A stretch of DNA of 64,000 bases, from the NCBI GenBank assembly GCA_015680685.1, contig MNCI01001248.1, positions 493,822 to 557,821 on the forward strand, in the 5' to 3' direction. Origin of the DNA: Gnetum montanum (taxonomy: Eukaryota > Plantae > Gnetophyta). Numbering within the stretch: position 1 is the first letter of the stretch; each line of letters opens with the position of its first letter. Under the pieces are notes generated by a model. The model was not told where the DNA came from and did no database searches. It saw nothing but the letters and a program-made list of their open reading frames with translations. Positions 1-11,846 of this stretch are shown here, one piece after another. The position numbers and the translations under genes were made by a program.

Positions 1-1366
1 CCCACTTTTGACATAGCAATGCTGCTATGGATGTGTCCGAGGTGGTAAGGTATATAAAGAAATGCTTGTTCCTTTGCAACGGGTGCACCGTTGGGAGGTG
101 CAAGAGCTCCTTCTTTAGGTCGTCAAAGGCTTGTTGAAACTGGGTTATCCATTCAAAGTCAATCCCTTTTTTTAGGAGATGTTGCATTAGGTGTAACTTG
201 TTGGTCAACCTTGCTATAAACCTTCGAATGAATTGCACTCTACCTTGTAGACCACGTAACTCCTTCAGGTTTGTTGGAGGTGCTAGGTTGACGATGGCCT
301 TGACTTTGTCGGGGTCCACCCATATTCTAGCCTCTGATACTATGAACCCTAACATACGTTCGGTCTTCACCCCAAGGATGCACTTCTTAGGATTGAGGTG
401 CAGGTCATGCATTTGGCAACATATGAGGACTATCCCTAGGTCATGCAAGTGATCGGTTGCCTTTTTGGATTTAACCACTATGTCATCTACATAGTCGTTT
501 AATTTTTCTAGGATGTAGTCACTAAAAATGTATGTCATGGCTCACTGGTAGGTTGCTCTAGCATTCTTCAGCCTGAAAGGCATCATGGTATAGAAGAAGG
601 TTCCCCATGGGGTCATGAAGGTTGTTGATAGCTAGTGCTCTGGGTTGATGTGAATTTGGTTGTATCTGGAGAAACAATCCATGAAAGATAGTAGAGAATG
701 GCCAGCTGTGGTGTTGATGAGTTAATCAATACTCGGGAGTGGAATGTTGTCTTTGATCATTACCTTGTTCAAATCCAATAAGTCTATATAGATTCATATC
801 CCTCCTATTTTCTTTGAGAATACAACGATGTTGGACACCCACTCTGAATAGTTGACTGCACAAATGAAGCCTGCTTGGTATAGCTTAGTGATTTCATCCT
901 TCACAGCTAGTGCAATTTCTAGCTTAATTTTCTGAGCCTTTTCCTTGATTGCCTTTACATGTGGGTCTAGGACAATGTTGTGCTAAATTAGCTACGGATC
1001 CAGACCTGGCATGTCGTTGTACGACCATGCGAAGACATCAATGTGGTCTTGCAGAGTCTTAACTATGCTTTCATATGTTTGTGTCTCTAGGAGGGAGCTG
1101 AGTCTTAATGTTTTCACCTCTCCCTTTGATGTGGTCATAGGTGTCTCGACGAGAGGATCCTCAGTTACATCCCTAGCCTCTAGGTCTAGTGCCTAAACTA
1201 GATTCTTGGGCTAATCCGAGGGTGCCTCTAAGGTTGCTATGGTGCTAGTTGTATTTGACTCCTAGTTGATCATGTTAGGGTTCAACTGTCTCATGAGCTT
1301 GCCTGGTGGCCATGCTAATATTAAAGGCATGGAAAGGTCACAATGGATTTCCATCTTTTTCTTGAC
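1..1366 (-). pseudogene. Element A pol 5' part: linker + reverse transcriptase (decayed)
   Basis: Manual translation gives DVFAWSYNDMPGLDP, MTPWGTFFYTMMPFRLKNARATYQ, DYVDDIVV, LNPKKCILGV; internal stops. Confidence 0.92.
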
Positions 1367-2084
1367 CTACCATCATAAGATGAAAGCCTAGGTAAGGGTC
1401 GTTAAAGATTGTATGAAACACAAATCTGCGAAACAACGCTGAGATGCAACTTGCCAAGTGTGGAAATGTAAAGATTGAAAGCTTTCTAGTTTAAGGTCAT
1501 GGTGGACCACCACGGCACAAGAGTCTAGAATTGCTACAGATATAAAATTACTGATATGAAGTGTGAGGCTGTGTAACTGTAGATGTGCTAATGCTAGACT
1601 GCTAGTTTAGTGTCATCTCGGACTGCCACGCAAAATCTTAATATGCAACATAATAAAAAAAGGAGAGTGTGAGTATGAAGAGTACTGAACTTCTAGTGCG
1701 AGAGTGAAGTCATGAAACTGTTAGGAAATGTGATACCACCTATGTCGAAGCGGATGAGGTAACTACTGATGTAAGGATGCAGTTAGTTTAATTTCATTAA
1801 AAACTGTGAATGTAACGGGTTGAAAATACTAATTTAGGATCCTTTCAGACCATAAAGGGTCCAACTATGCTATGATCATTAGTTTAAGGTCTTTTCAGAC
1901 ATTTAATTGGAAACAAATATTATATTTTTTTTCTTTCCAGACAAGTAAGTAGTTGGCTTGAAGTATGCCAAGGCTAAAATGCTAACAGTGCTATGATGTC
2001 GTGGCGAGCATGCTACGCTGCACGCCACACTCTGCATTAATTGGAGAGAGAGAGGGAAATTTTTTCCATTTTTTCCACTACTAC

Positions 2085-2092
2085 CATAAATA
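2085..2092 (+). promoter_or_regulatory. Candidate TATA-like box of the element A antisense gene
   Basis: CATAAATA about 150 bp upstream of ATG 2244; TTTATAAGTA lies at the equivalent position in B (about 30217-30226). Confidence 0.45.
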
Positions 2093-2243
2093 GGGATTGG
2101 ACCCTGGTAATTTCACTATTTTCACTGTAAGAGTGCAGAATCCTCATCGGAGCACTCAGTGATTTCGGAGCGTGGAGCAATTGTGTTGATCAATTAGCAA
2201 GAAGAATTTCTATAGCGAAGGTCATAAATTTGCAAGTAGGGCC

Positions 2244-5200
2244 ATGGATCCTAAGACTCATCTAGTGCTTGTGAAGGTCAAGGAGGTGAAAAAGACCCTG
2301 AGGCATGCACCACAAGTGCACGTTCCAGCGTGAGAGAGTGCACTGTTGACCCAGTGAGTTTTCATATCTCCTTTACCCTTTTCATTTTGTGCCTTCTTCT
2401 ACTTTCTACTCTGAATTTATGTCTTATTTTCTTTGCTATATGTATTTTTTGCGACTAGTGTGTAAGGGTTTTGTTGTGATTTATGTCTTTTTCTGTCGTG
2501 ACCAGTGTGTAAGGGTTTTGTTGTGATTGCATGCAAGGCCGTTGCCGTTGTCATGGTTATGGTGACTGCGGGGCTGGGACCATTTAAGTTGTTTGACCAT
2601 GGTATTCCATGATGTAAAACCCTCAATAGGGTTTGGTTATGTCTGATGTGGCACTGTGGCACGTGTTTTGTTTGATTATGTCATTAGTTGTTTCGCTGCT
2701 ATGCTAGGCTACTTGCAAGTTCTTGCTATGCTAGGCTTTTGCATCCTTGCTACGCTACGTATGGACAAGGGGTTATGCTATGCTATATTTATGGTCTGCT
2801 AGGTGCTGTTATGTTGTGCATGTATTGCATTCAAATGTGATGCCAATATTTGCTAGTTGCATCATGCAGGGTAGGGCCAAGGTCTAGGCTGATCGTTTTG
2901 GACCTTGGAGGGGTCCTATGTCATATGGCCAGACCTATGGCCAATGTTCCTCCTCCCTCGATCTGTGTGGGAGACCAAGTGATTTGGTTCAGGGAAGGGG
3001 CATGAGACTTCTTGTAATTTCTTCTCAACCACTTTAGTCTGATTGTTTGGTCCTCCTTAAACAAGACGTAGGCATCCAGCATAATAGAGGCCATGCTGCC
3101 AGGGTCAAGTCTGGGCATCTTAAGATATCTTTCCAATGACACGACTACAAGTAGGCCAGGAGGGGGGTCCAACCAACACTCACTAGGGTTGAGGCATTTA
3201 GCCTAGATTTGGGACATGCCAGAATTCAACTACTATCACCCATACAATACATTATACCTTGCATGTCACATGGCAACGTACTTTTAGAACCCATAGGGAA
3301 CCATCTATTGTGTTGGCAGGTGATTTTTGCATATTTGCTTTACTTCATTGTGCAACGCTGGCCATACTTGGCTAAGTGTTGATAGTGTATGCTTATCACC
3401 AGGTTCTATATTAATGATGATGAGGTTCATGACTAGTCAGATGAGCTAGCCACAATGCAGCTAGCCCTATAGGAATTTGCCTCTGCCAAGAGCCTGAGGG
3501 CGGGCATGATCGATCATCGTGGGGGGAATACCATTCCTACCTATGCATGCTTACCACTTTCTATATTCAATGTAGTGTAAAGGGTTGGCTGGACAAGGAG
3601 TGAAGAGAACCTTTCAAGCAGGTGATGCTTCATGTGATTCTGGTGGCTGAACTCCTGCTATTGCCATCACCGTATAGACCTGGTGGGTTAACAGGTAGGT
3701 TCCACATGCTTAAGTGTTTTCGTAATTTTTTCATTCTCTGCAGTGTTATGCTAAGTATGTCTTGTGAAAATTGTTACAGGGGTGAAAAATCCTCATGAGG
3801 TGATGGTGGTAACTACCAAGAGGCAAGGGGAAAACATCTACATCAAATACAGTGAAGTAGCGCTGAGCCAGAGTTGGTTAGAACGAGGGGCTCTAGACCC
3901 TTTGCTCAAGAAAATTCGAAGGGTGGGGCTTATGGATCTATTCATGGCACCGAATCTAGGAATCTCTACTGTCGAGATGCTCTCCTTGGTCAACTCCTTC
4001 TTTGGGTAAGTGAGCCTTTTTCGTACGTACGTACAAGGTGTGCAGGTGGTCATTAACATCAATGAGTAGCTATTTGCAGATTTTTTTAGCATTCTTGTCG
4101 ATGACATCGATGTAGTGTTGAAGGGCAAGTAGGAGTTGACCCTTTAGAAGTAGCATATCGAGGAGTGGCTAGGGCTCACCATGGAGTGAAAAGGGTTCCC
4201 CATGGAAAAGCTTAAGGATGGCCCTATATACCAAATATTTCATGCCCGCGCATTTCCTCAATTGCTCATCCAAGGCAAGGTCCTGGGGCTTGAGCAGGCA
4301 TGGGTAATGTGGGAAGTCATGGAGGAAGGGGCCCATAACAACTGGGCTGAGTTCCTATGTAGTGGTTTGCAGGCTGAGATTTTGGGACTCTATGAGCAAA
4401 TGGAGTCCCATCCTAACATACACTATGCCTTCTACATAGGCTATTTGAAGTACTTCGCGGAGTTCCTGGTGGTCCAGGAGAATGGAGCTTGGCCCAAGCT
4501 AGATCATAACCAAATTCCCAAGCCATTGATTTGACAATTCTTCCAGACTATGCAAGCCTAGGATCCCCCAGAAATGGTTGGAGAGTCACTATCTATAACA
4601 ACTAAAGGTCTAGCATTTCGTAGTGCTTGTGGCTAGGACAGTGTAGGAGAGATGCCCCCTGTCATAGTTGGTAGCGTGACGTGGGGTGAATGTCTCATGG
4701 TTGAGATCGTGCCTAAGGAGCTGCGAAGGAAGAGACCTCCCTTGGCTAGGGAAAACCTTCATGAAGAGGAGGGGTGATGACTGCGGCTCAAGCTATGGCA
4801 GACGCAACCCCCCATTGGTAAGTGCTTTTTGTGTAATGCTTATCTTGCTATAGTTTGCTACTCTATGCTTCGTTAGGCAATGCATCATAGCGTAGCATTT
4901 GTTTCGAGCTAACTTGTTTTGGATTGTTATAAATATGTCATTTTTTGCTAGAAGAGGAAGAAGAGGATGAAGAAGAAGGTGACGAGGAAGTGTCAATCCT
5001 TAGGAAGGGGGCGATTAATAAAGACGCGGAGGCCCTAGTTTTGGAAGACAGGGTCCCGATCTGAAATAATGGAACTCCTATCTCTAGGGTAGGGGCTCTT
5101 GTCATTAGGGAGCCTCTTCCTACCAATGAAGAGGTACCTCCTAAAAATAAAAAAGATGCTGGTCTCCAGAAAGGAAAGGCACTAGTGCATGAGGAAGGAG

Positions 5201-6648
5201 CTCTCATGGACTTGTCCAGGCCCTCTATTGAGCCTACCACGATCATCTTGCATCGGCAAGAAGAAAGACCGCAGCCAGATGCTGGTGAGTTGGGCCCTGC
5301 ATGTGCCTTATCATAGTCCACTTTGGTCATTGCTAACATGCTTAATCATGTAATAGGTGCTATTGTTGATGTCTCAGGACCTCCCCCACCTCGTACGGAG
5401 TCATGGGCTGATGTCCCCGACAAGTTTGCATTTTCTTAGGGACTTGTCGATAACATGATTAAATGCCTTCAGCAGGCAGACCCTCGCACGGGTAAGTAGG
5501 AGTGTTAACTATCGTTATGTTGCTATGCTAAAGCTTTCAGGTTTGTTGATTATGCTATGCTAACGCGATTAACATGTTCTATGCATTGAACAGCCTCTCG
5601 GCTTAAGTGGAACCCAGCACAACCTATGAAGGTTGGCGCAATGCCTACACTCTTGCCTAACGTGACTGAGGTATCCCCTCGCATGTTTGATGAGAGGCTT
5701 ATAAGTGTGTCCTACACTCAGCATGCTCTCTATGGGAGTGTAGATGCACCAATGAGGACCTGTGGAAATGAGACCACAGGGCTGAGCAAAGGGAGGCTGA
5801 GCTGGTCGTCAAGGTGGAGAACCTCAGGTCGAGGATCAATTTCCTCATAAACTGTAACCCTGACCCTGTTGATTTAGAAAGGGTTATAGATGACTATGCT
5901 AGGTTTTGGACTATCATCCATCAAAACATTGAATCCATCCACAAGATAGTCAAGCAGCAAATGCAGATGGACTTGCTAGCCCAGAAGTGCCAAGACATGA
6001 AAGACATCAGTGCCAAGGTCTGGATGGGGAAAAATCTAGAGAGACCACAAACATACAGACAAAATGGAGAATGAGATCCATCAAAAACTATACAAATACA
6101 TCGCTATGGAGGCATTCACATATGAAATGTTTGTGAAGGCCATCAGCGCTTCTAAGGCCTATGCTAAATTTAAAGAGTAGGTGAAGGTCACGGAATCTCC
6201 TGACTTGAGGGTGAACCTTCCTACAAGAGAGATCGCAATCGCCTCCCTTTTACCAGAACCTCTAAAGTGGATGACCTTGGAAATGGAGAAATTTGTTGCT
6301 GTGAATGCTAAGCCTAGTGACAGGCGTTGGATGGATATTTTGATAAAGGAGATTTGGTGTCACCTCAGGCTTGGTCTAGACCAGATACCCTTTGAGACCG
6401 ACGTAGGCTCCCCTTAGGTTATGTCGCTTTAATGTGTAGATGTTTATGCTATGCTATAGTTAGCATTTTTTGCATTTTTTGCCTTAGCTAACTACTTCAT
6501 TTTTGGGATACAGGCTCATGACGAAGGTGTGAGACCCATGGAGGGAGGAAGTGAAGAGTTGGCAGGAGGCAACACAGGAGCGGGTGATGCACAAGTAGAT
6601 GAAGCTGAGGCAAATGATGAAGGCAATGTGAATGGAGATAACCCATGA
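2244..6648 (+). pseudogene. Element A antisense 8-exon gene: FCP1/NIF-like HAD (pseudo)phosphatase domain + transposon-associated helical domain + coiled coil + acidic tail (about 1,100 codons, decayed)
   Basis: Exons 2244-2353, 2870-3319, 3403-3682 (or 3694), 3780-4817, 4952-5284, 5357-5491, 5594-6417, 6514-6648, all GT..AG bounded. Exon 2 reads RLIVLDLGGVL..VIWFREGA*DFL*FLLNHFSLIVWSS..LRHLA*IWD..YHPYNTLYLACH. Same exon structure in B. Confidence 0.85.
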
Positions 6649-7009
6649 TTGCATGGGACTTTCTCTTCTTCTTTTTTTGAAAATTCATTGCAAATTTTGG
6701 AATGTTGGGATTTTGAACAATTTTTTTTGAAAACTTTGCAAACACTACCAATAGGCAAAAATTTTGAATGAAAGAAGCAAATTCAGAAAGCAAACTGATT
6801 TTATGTTAACTCGTGTACTATGTAAATTTTTCATGCTTTTGTGTGCTAGTTTTAGGCCATCTTGGGCCATTAGTGTAGCATGCCAGAAGATTAGTATGTT
6901 AATAAAGTGGAATGCAACGATGTTAGTTTTAGGCCATTTCGGGCCATAGCGTATCATGTTGAAAGGATGACATATAAACTAGGTAAGGAAATGGTGAGTG
7001 CATAAGGAT

Positions 7010-10000
7010 ATCAATTGGGTAGGAATTCATAAGGTTGCTATGCTATGCATAGCTGTCTCTTGACCTATCGTGGGTTAGTCAGAACATAGGATCGAGGTAT
7101 TTTACTAAGGCCCTCATTCATATCACTGTCCTTCACTTGGATGGGCAATTCAACCCATGCGTTTTTGATTTGAGAGTCGGCCTATTGGACCAATCCTTTC
7201 ATTGCATGATTAATGCATGCATGAACGGGCACTTCCTCCTTAGAGGTTGTAACCTCTGAACCTCATTCCATGTTTATGTTGTTGATTGCTTGCATTGATA
7301 CTTCATCACCATGGATTATCACCTCCCTACCTGCATATGCTAAGTGGATTTCCTGGTGTATAGGTGAGGAGACAGCCCTAAGTTGTGCTAACCATGATCT
7401 TCCCAAGATCAGGTTAAACCCAGACATCTCCTCGACCATGATGAACGTTACATCTATGGGGAATTGGTCCCCTACTATGAACTTTATGTGAACTATGCCC
7501 TTCACCAGGACGCGTGCCCCATTGAATGACCTTAGACATGATGTCATCATTGGTTTGATCTGGTTGACCAATCCCAACTTGTCCACAATGGGGAAGGAAA
7601 TGACGTTTATGGCAGCCCCATCATCAACATGTACCCTTTGGATTTGGTGTTGACCGACCAGAATTGTGATGAAGAGAGGTGTTGTAGTCACCTAACCTCC
7701 TTCATGATGTTCCCTAATGACATCATTACTAAAAGTTAATTGAGGTGGTGTAGGCTCTACGGGTATAGAGGGAAGCATCACTGAATGGATTGCTTCCTCT
7801 TCTACTAGCATATTTTCGTCGACTGGAATCACCATTAATATGTGGACTAGAGCTTTGCAGTGGGGTACAGATGTCATAATGAGGTCATACAAGCTCAATG
7901 CAACATTTTTCTACTTTAGGACTTGCTCAACCTGGATAAGGGCATCCAGAAGGTCTTGGCCACCCACTTGTCTGATACCTTCTTCCTCTTTAATTTGTCC
8001 TAAGAGACAAATCTACCAAGGAGAGTTGACTTAGGATCTGGGTTCAAATCCTTGTTGGTGAGGTAATGCAGGTTGCATAATTGTGTCGACCTTCATCTTT
8101 TGTGATGAAGGTATAGATGCGAGGGATGAAGGTGTAGGCTCAGGGATACCTTTGATGGTACTTTCCTTTGACGTTTCACCCATCAAGTGGGCTTCTCACC
8201 CTGTGGGGCGAGGAGGCTATTTAATGATGTTGCACGGGATAGGGGCCGTTGAAGATGTTGGGCCCCTAATAATGAATGGAGCTAGAGTTGTTAACTAGTG
8301 AGACCACGTGGCCTCACCAACAGGTAGTGTGGAGGTAGATGCCTGTGGTGGAACTTTCAAGATGAAGGACGGTATCTTGGACCAATCATTGGTGGTGTTG
8401 GTGCACTACGATGAGGCACACGGATCACAAAAGGCTGGCAGGGTAGCATGGGATCATTGTCAATGTCGATGGTGTTGATTACGTAACTGTCATTGTTGGC
8501 ATTGAAAGGATCTGTGTAAACATACATAGATTGATTTTTAAGGCGTACTAGGTTGCTTTCGTCCAACATCAGCTTCCCTAGATTGATTAATCTTTGGATG
8601 TCATCTTGAAATGACAAACAATAATCTGTGGTGTGACCACATAGTTGGTGGTAGTTACAAAAACTGTCTAGCCTAAAACCCCTAGGAACTAGAGGCTCAT
8701 TAGGTAGGGCCAAAGAGGAATTCGTAAGGAGCTTGCAGTAGCGTTGATGTCTTGCGTTCGCTTCTTCTGACATCTGCTTGTGTTGGAGGTATCCTGTTGC
8801 CAACAGTTGCTTCAGGAGTTCTGAAGGTTTAAGAGGTAGTGGGGTGTGTTTTGAGCGATTGTTATGCTCAAAGTTTAGTTTAGTGTATGCATATGTCTCA
8901 AGTGCAGGTGTAGCAGATTGTGGTGCTTGGCCTAGTTTGGGCACAAGGTTAGCCGCAGGTATGGCAGGTTTCATATTATTCTTGCTACCGCTACTACTAG
9001 GCTTAGGTTTGGCATCGATCACTACAGCAGCTACTATGGTTGTCGAGGCCTTACCTTTATCCCTTTTGGCAAAGGTGTTCTTGTACGCGATGTAGGCCAG
9101 GTCTTTGCTTGCTTTGGTCATGTCTTGTATGCTTTTAGTTTGATCAAAAGCTTGACTAACAGAGTGTGGAGCGAGGTAATATAGTTTGGACTTGATAAAG
9201 TCATTTACTGCATCCTTAAAGATGGCTAACAAGTGAGCCTCTTCAATGGGCTCTCGGATTTCATTAAGTGTCATGCTCCAATGTTGAATGAATTTTTGGA
9301 CTAGTTCTAGCAGGTCTTGTTTCATGCTCATCAGCTAATCCAGCGTGGTTTCTGGCTTCAAGTTGTACTTGAAGCATGTCATGAACTAGGTCAAGAGTTC
9401 TTCCAAAGTTGAAATGGATGAACATGGCAATGCACGGTACCAATCTAGGGCTTTCCCGGCTAGGAACATGGCAAAGACATGAATGATCATATGTGAGCAT
9501 TGTTGCAATAGCAAAGAATCTGATTGAAAAGTGACAAGATGTGCATTGGGATCTCCCTCCCCTTCGTACTTTGTGAAGTGTGGGAGAGACATCCTAGGTG
9601 ATAATGTTAGAGTAGGGATTGCAAGGCTGACGGGGTCGTCTTGATAAAAGTCCATGAATTGTACCATGTTAGACCCAACAACTTTGAGGCATTTTATTTC
9701 CTTAGTAAAGGTTTGGATGAGATGAAATGCTTGGTCTAGACCTGGAGATGTTGTAGATGGTTGAGGAACCGTAGAGGTAGTTCCCATATGTGGAACGGTG
9801 GTAGTGGCAGTTTGACCCATCGGTGGTGCCATTGGGGCCACCCTCGCTAAAGATGCTTCTTGCGTTGTCCACCACCTGGTGGGTGGTATTGTTGGAGCAA
9901 CAACAATGGGTTGTGCCATTAGATAGAATATTTGGGTCACCAGCGGGATAGACCATGGCCCCGTTCTAGGATGTACCACTTGTGTGGTTAGGTAGGTCTA

Positions 10001-10854
10001 CGGGCGAACGTAGTGAGACATCTACGACGGTTGTAGAATAGATGAAAAAGTGAACGGGGTCCACCCCATGGATGGGCTAGGGCTCATCATTATGGGTGGA
10101 ATAGGTGTGATCATAGGAATTGTCATGGAAGTTGTATGCGATTGCGAAGTAGGTATAGTATGAACATGAGGTAGGATAGCCATGATAGGCATGTTACGTA
10201 CTGCAGGAATATGTTAATGAACAGTTTGCGATGGCATGGTTACTGCTAACACAGCTAGGGAATAAGGATGATGATATGCTAGGAATGTAGCATGGCTAAC
10301 CATTGTAGTTGCAGTTGTATTTTGTTGAGTGTTGGTGTGATAACAAAGGAAACGGTGACAGACAATTGGTTTTACCAGAAGGACTAGGTAGGTGGGACAA
10401 GAATGGGGTTGGCCTAGCCTCCCTCATCAAATTGAGAATCAAGTTCCTCCTGTCCATCTTGAAAGGTGTCATCATTGTTGGACGCAATGTCCTATTGCTC
10501 GCTAAGCTTGGTCAACTAGATTAGTTAATCTAAAAGCCTTTGGTATGCTTGTGTTAAAGGTAAAGAAATGCTGGGGGTAGGAACGAATTCCTTCCCATTG
10601 TAGTAAGCAAACTTGAAGCTACATTTTTCTTTGAGTTTGTGTAAATCCAAGGGCAGATTAGCTTGCACCTTTGTACAAAGGAAACTGTAACACTCATGTT
10701 GATGGGCCAGTCCCTCAAGTCCTCGATTTTGGACTCTGAGAGACCGACGTGCTTCCTGCGCTGGATTCAGTAGTTGTTTGGCACCAGTAGTGCCTTGAAC
10801 CATGAAGGGCACCTCCGTGTTGAAGGTGTCAATAGTAGTGGTGGTGGAAGCCAT
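7010..10854 (-). pseudogene. Element A gag-protease polyprotein (decayed)
   Basis: ORFs 10525-10854, 9386-9979 (KYEGEGDPNAHL..GKALDWY, Retrotrans_gag-like), 8357-9331 (CNYHQLCGHTTDYC Zn knuckle), 7263-7691 (VHVDDGAAINVI..NLILGRSWL aspartic protease). Confidence 0.92.
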
Positions 10855-10924
10855 TGCTAAGCAAGTGATTATGCAAAAAATTCAATAAGTGCAAAAAGAA
10901 CAAATGGATTGAAAAGGCAACAAA

Positions 10925-11800
10925 AGGTGACTTTACGTCTTGCTAGATTTTGGAGGAACTGTCGAGGTGACTGATCTGTACCACACAAAGTGTAAATAGC
11001 CACGAAGGGTGTCACATTTATGCCAATGCATGATGAGGTACAGAGCACATGCAAGACTACCGTAAGGCAAGTTTAGTTGACAAGAGATTAAGAAGGCTTT
11101 ATGTCTCGTAGGATCTTGGAGGGACCGTTGAGGCAACCAACCAACATCACACAAGGTGCAAACAACCATAGTAGGGTGTCACATTTATGCCTGTGCTAGC
11201 TAGGGTGAAAAGCACATGCAAAACTACTATAAAAGAAAAGGCAAGTTAACTCACCGTCGAAAGGCTTTATGTCTCATAGGGTTCTAAAGAAATCATCGAG
11301 GCGACTGATCTACACCGCACAATGCATAAACAACCACAGATGGGTGTCAAGTCTATGCTAATGCATGTTGGAGTGTAGAAGGCTTACGAGACTACCATAA
11401 GATGAGTAGGTTAACCAGAAGGCTTTGCACCTTGTAGGATCCCAAAGGGACCATTGAAGTGACCAATCTGTATTACACGGAGTGGGGTACACAACGCATG
11501 CAAGGCAACCATAAGATGGGCAAGATAACTAGTGATCAAGCAGGTTTTATGTCTCGTAGGATCCCAAAAGGATCGTCGAGGTGACTGGTCTATAGCACAA
11601 GAAATGGGGTGCAGAACGCATGCAAGAAAACCATAAAATGAGCTAGTTATCTAGCAATTGGAGGCCTTGTATTCTGTAGGGTTCTAGAGGAACCATTGGG
11701 GTGACTGATCTACATCGCACAAAGCGCAAACAACCGCAAGAGGGTGTTTCATTTATGCTCATATGTACCAGGGTGCAGAAGGCTCACAGAACTACCATGA
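10925..11800 (-). repeat. Degenerate tandem repeats (about 6 units of 120-170 bp) in the element A 5' UTR
   Basis: GCTTTATGTCTCGTAGGATC..GAGGTGACTGATCT core recurs at about 10930, 11095, 11265, 11420, 11545, 11665; two units in D and one in B. Confidence 0.8.
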
Positions 11801-11822
11801 CACATAGAAAAGACACCAAAAG

Positions 11823-11840
11823 GCCCTTCTTCTAGCACCA
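11823..11840 (-). promoter_or_regulatory. Primer-binding site of element A (tRNA-Asn)
   Basis: - strand TGGTGCTAGAAGAAGGGC approximates the complement of the plant tRNA-Asn(GTT) 3' end ..CCCTCCTTCTAGCG-CCA (recalled sequence). Confidence 0.8.
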
Positions 11841-11846
11841 AAAAAC

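Noticed and set aside
4938-5339. Ser-rich - strand ORF and other short ORFs opposite gag/pol or opposite exons (e.g. 8778-9095, 37880-38359, 54505-54795)
   Set aside because: Shadow or alternative frames of real coding sequence, or low-complexity A-rich tracts; not conserved between copies
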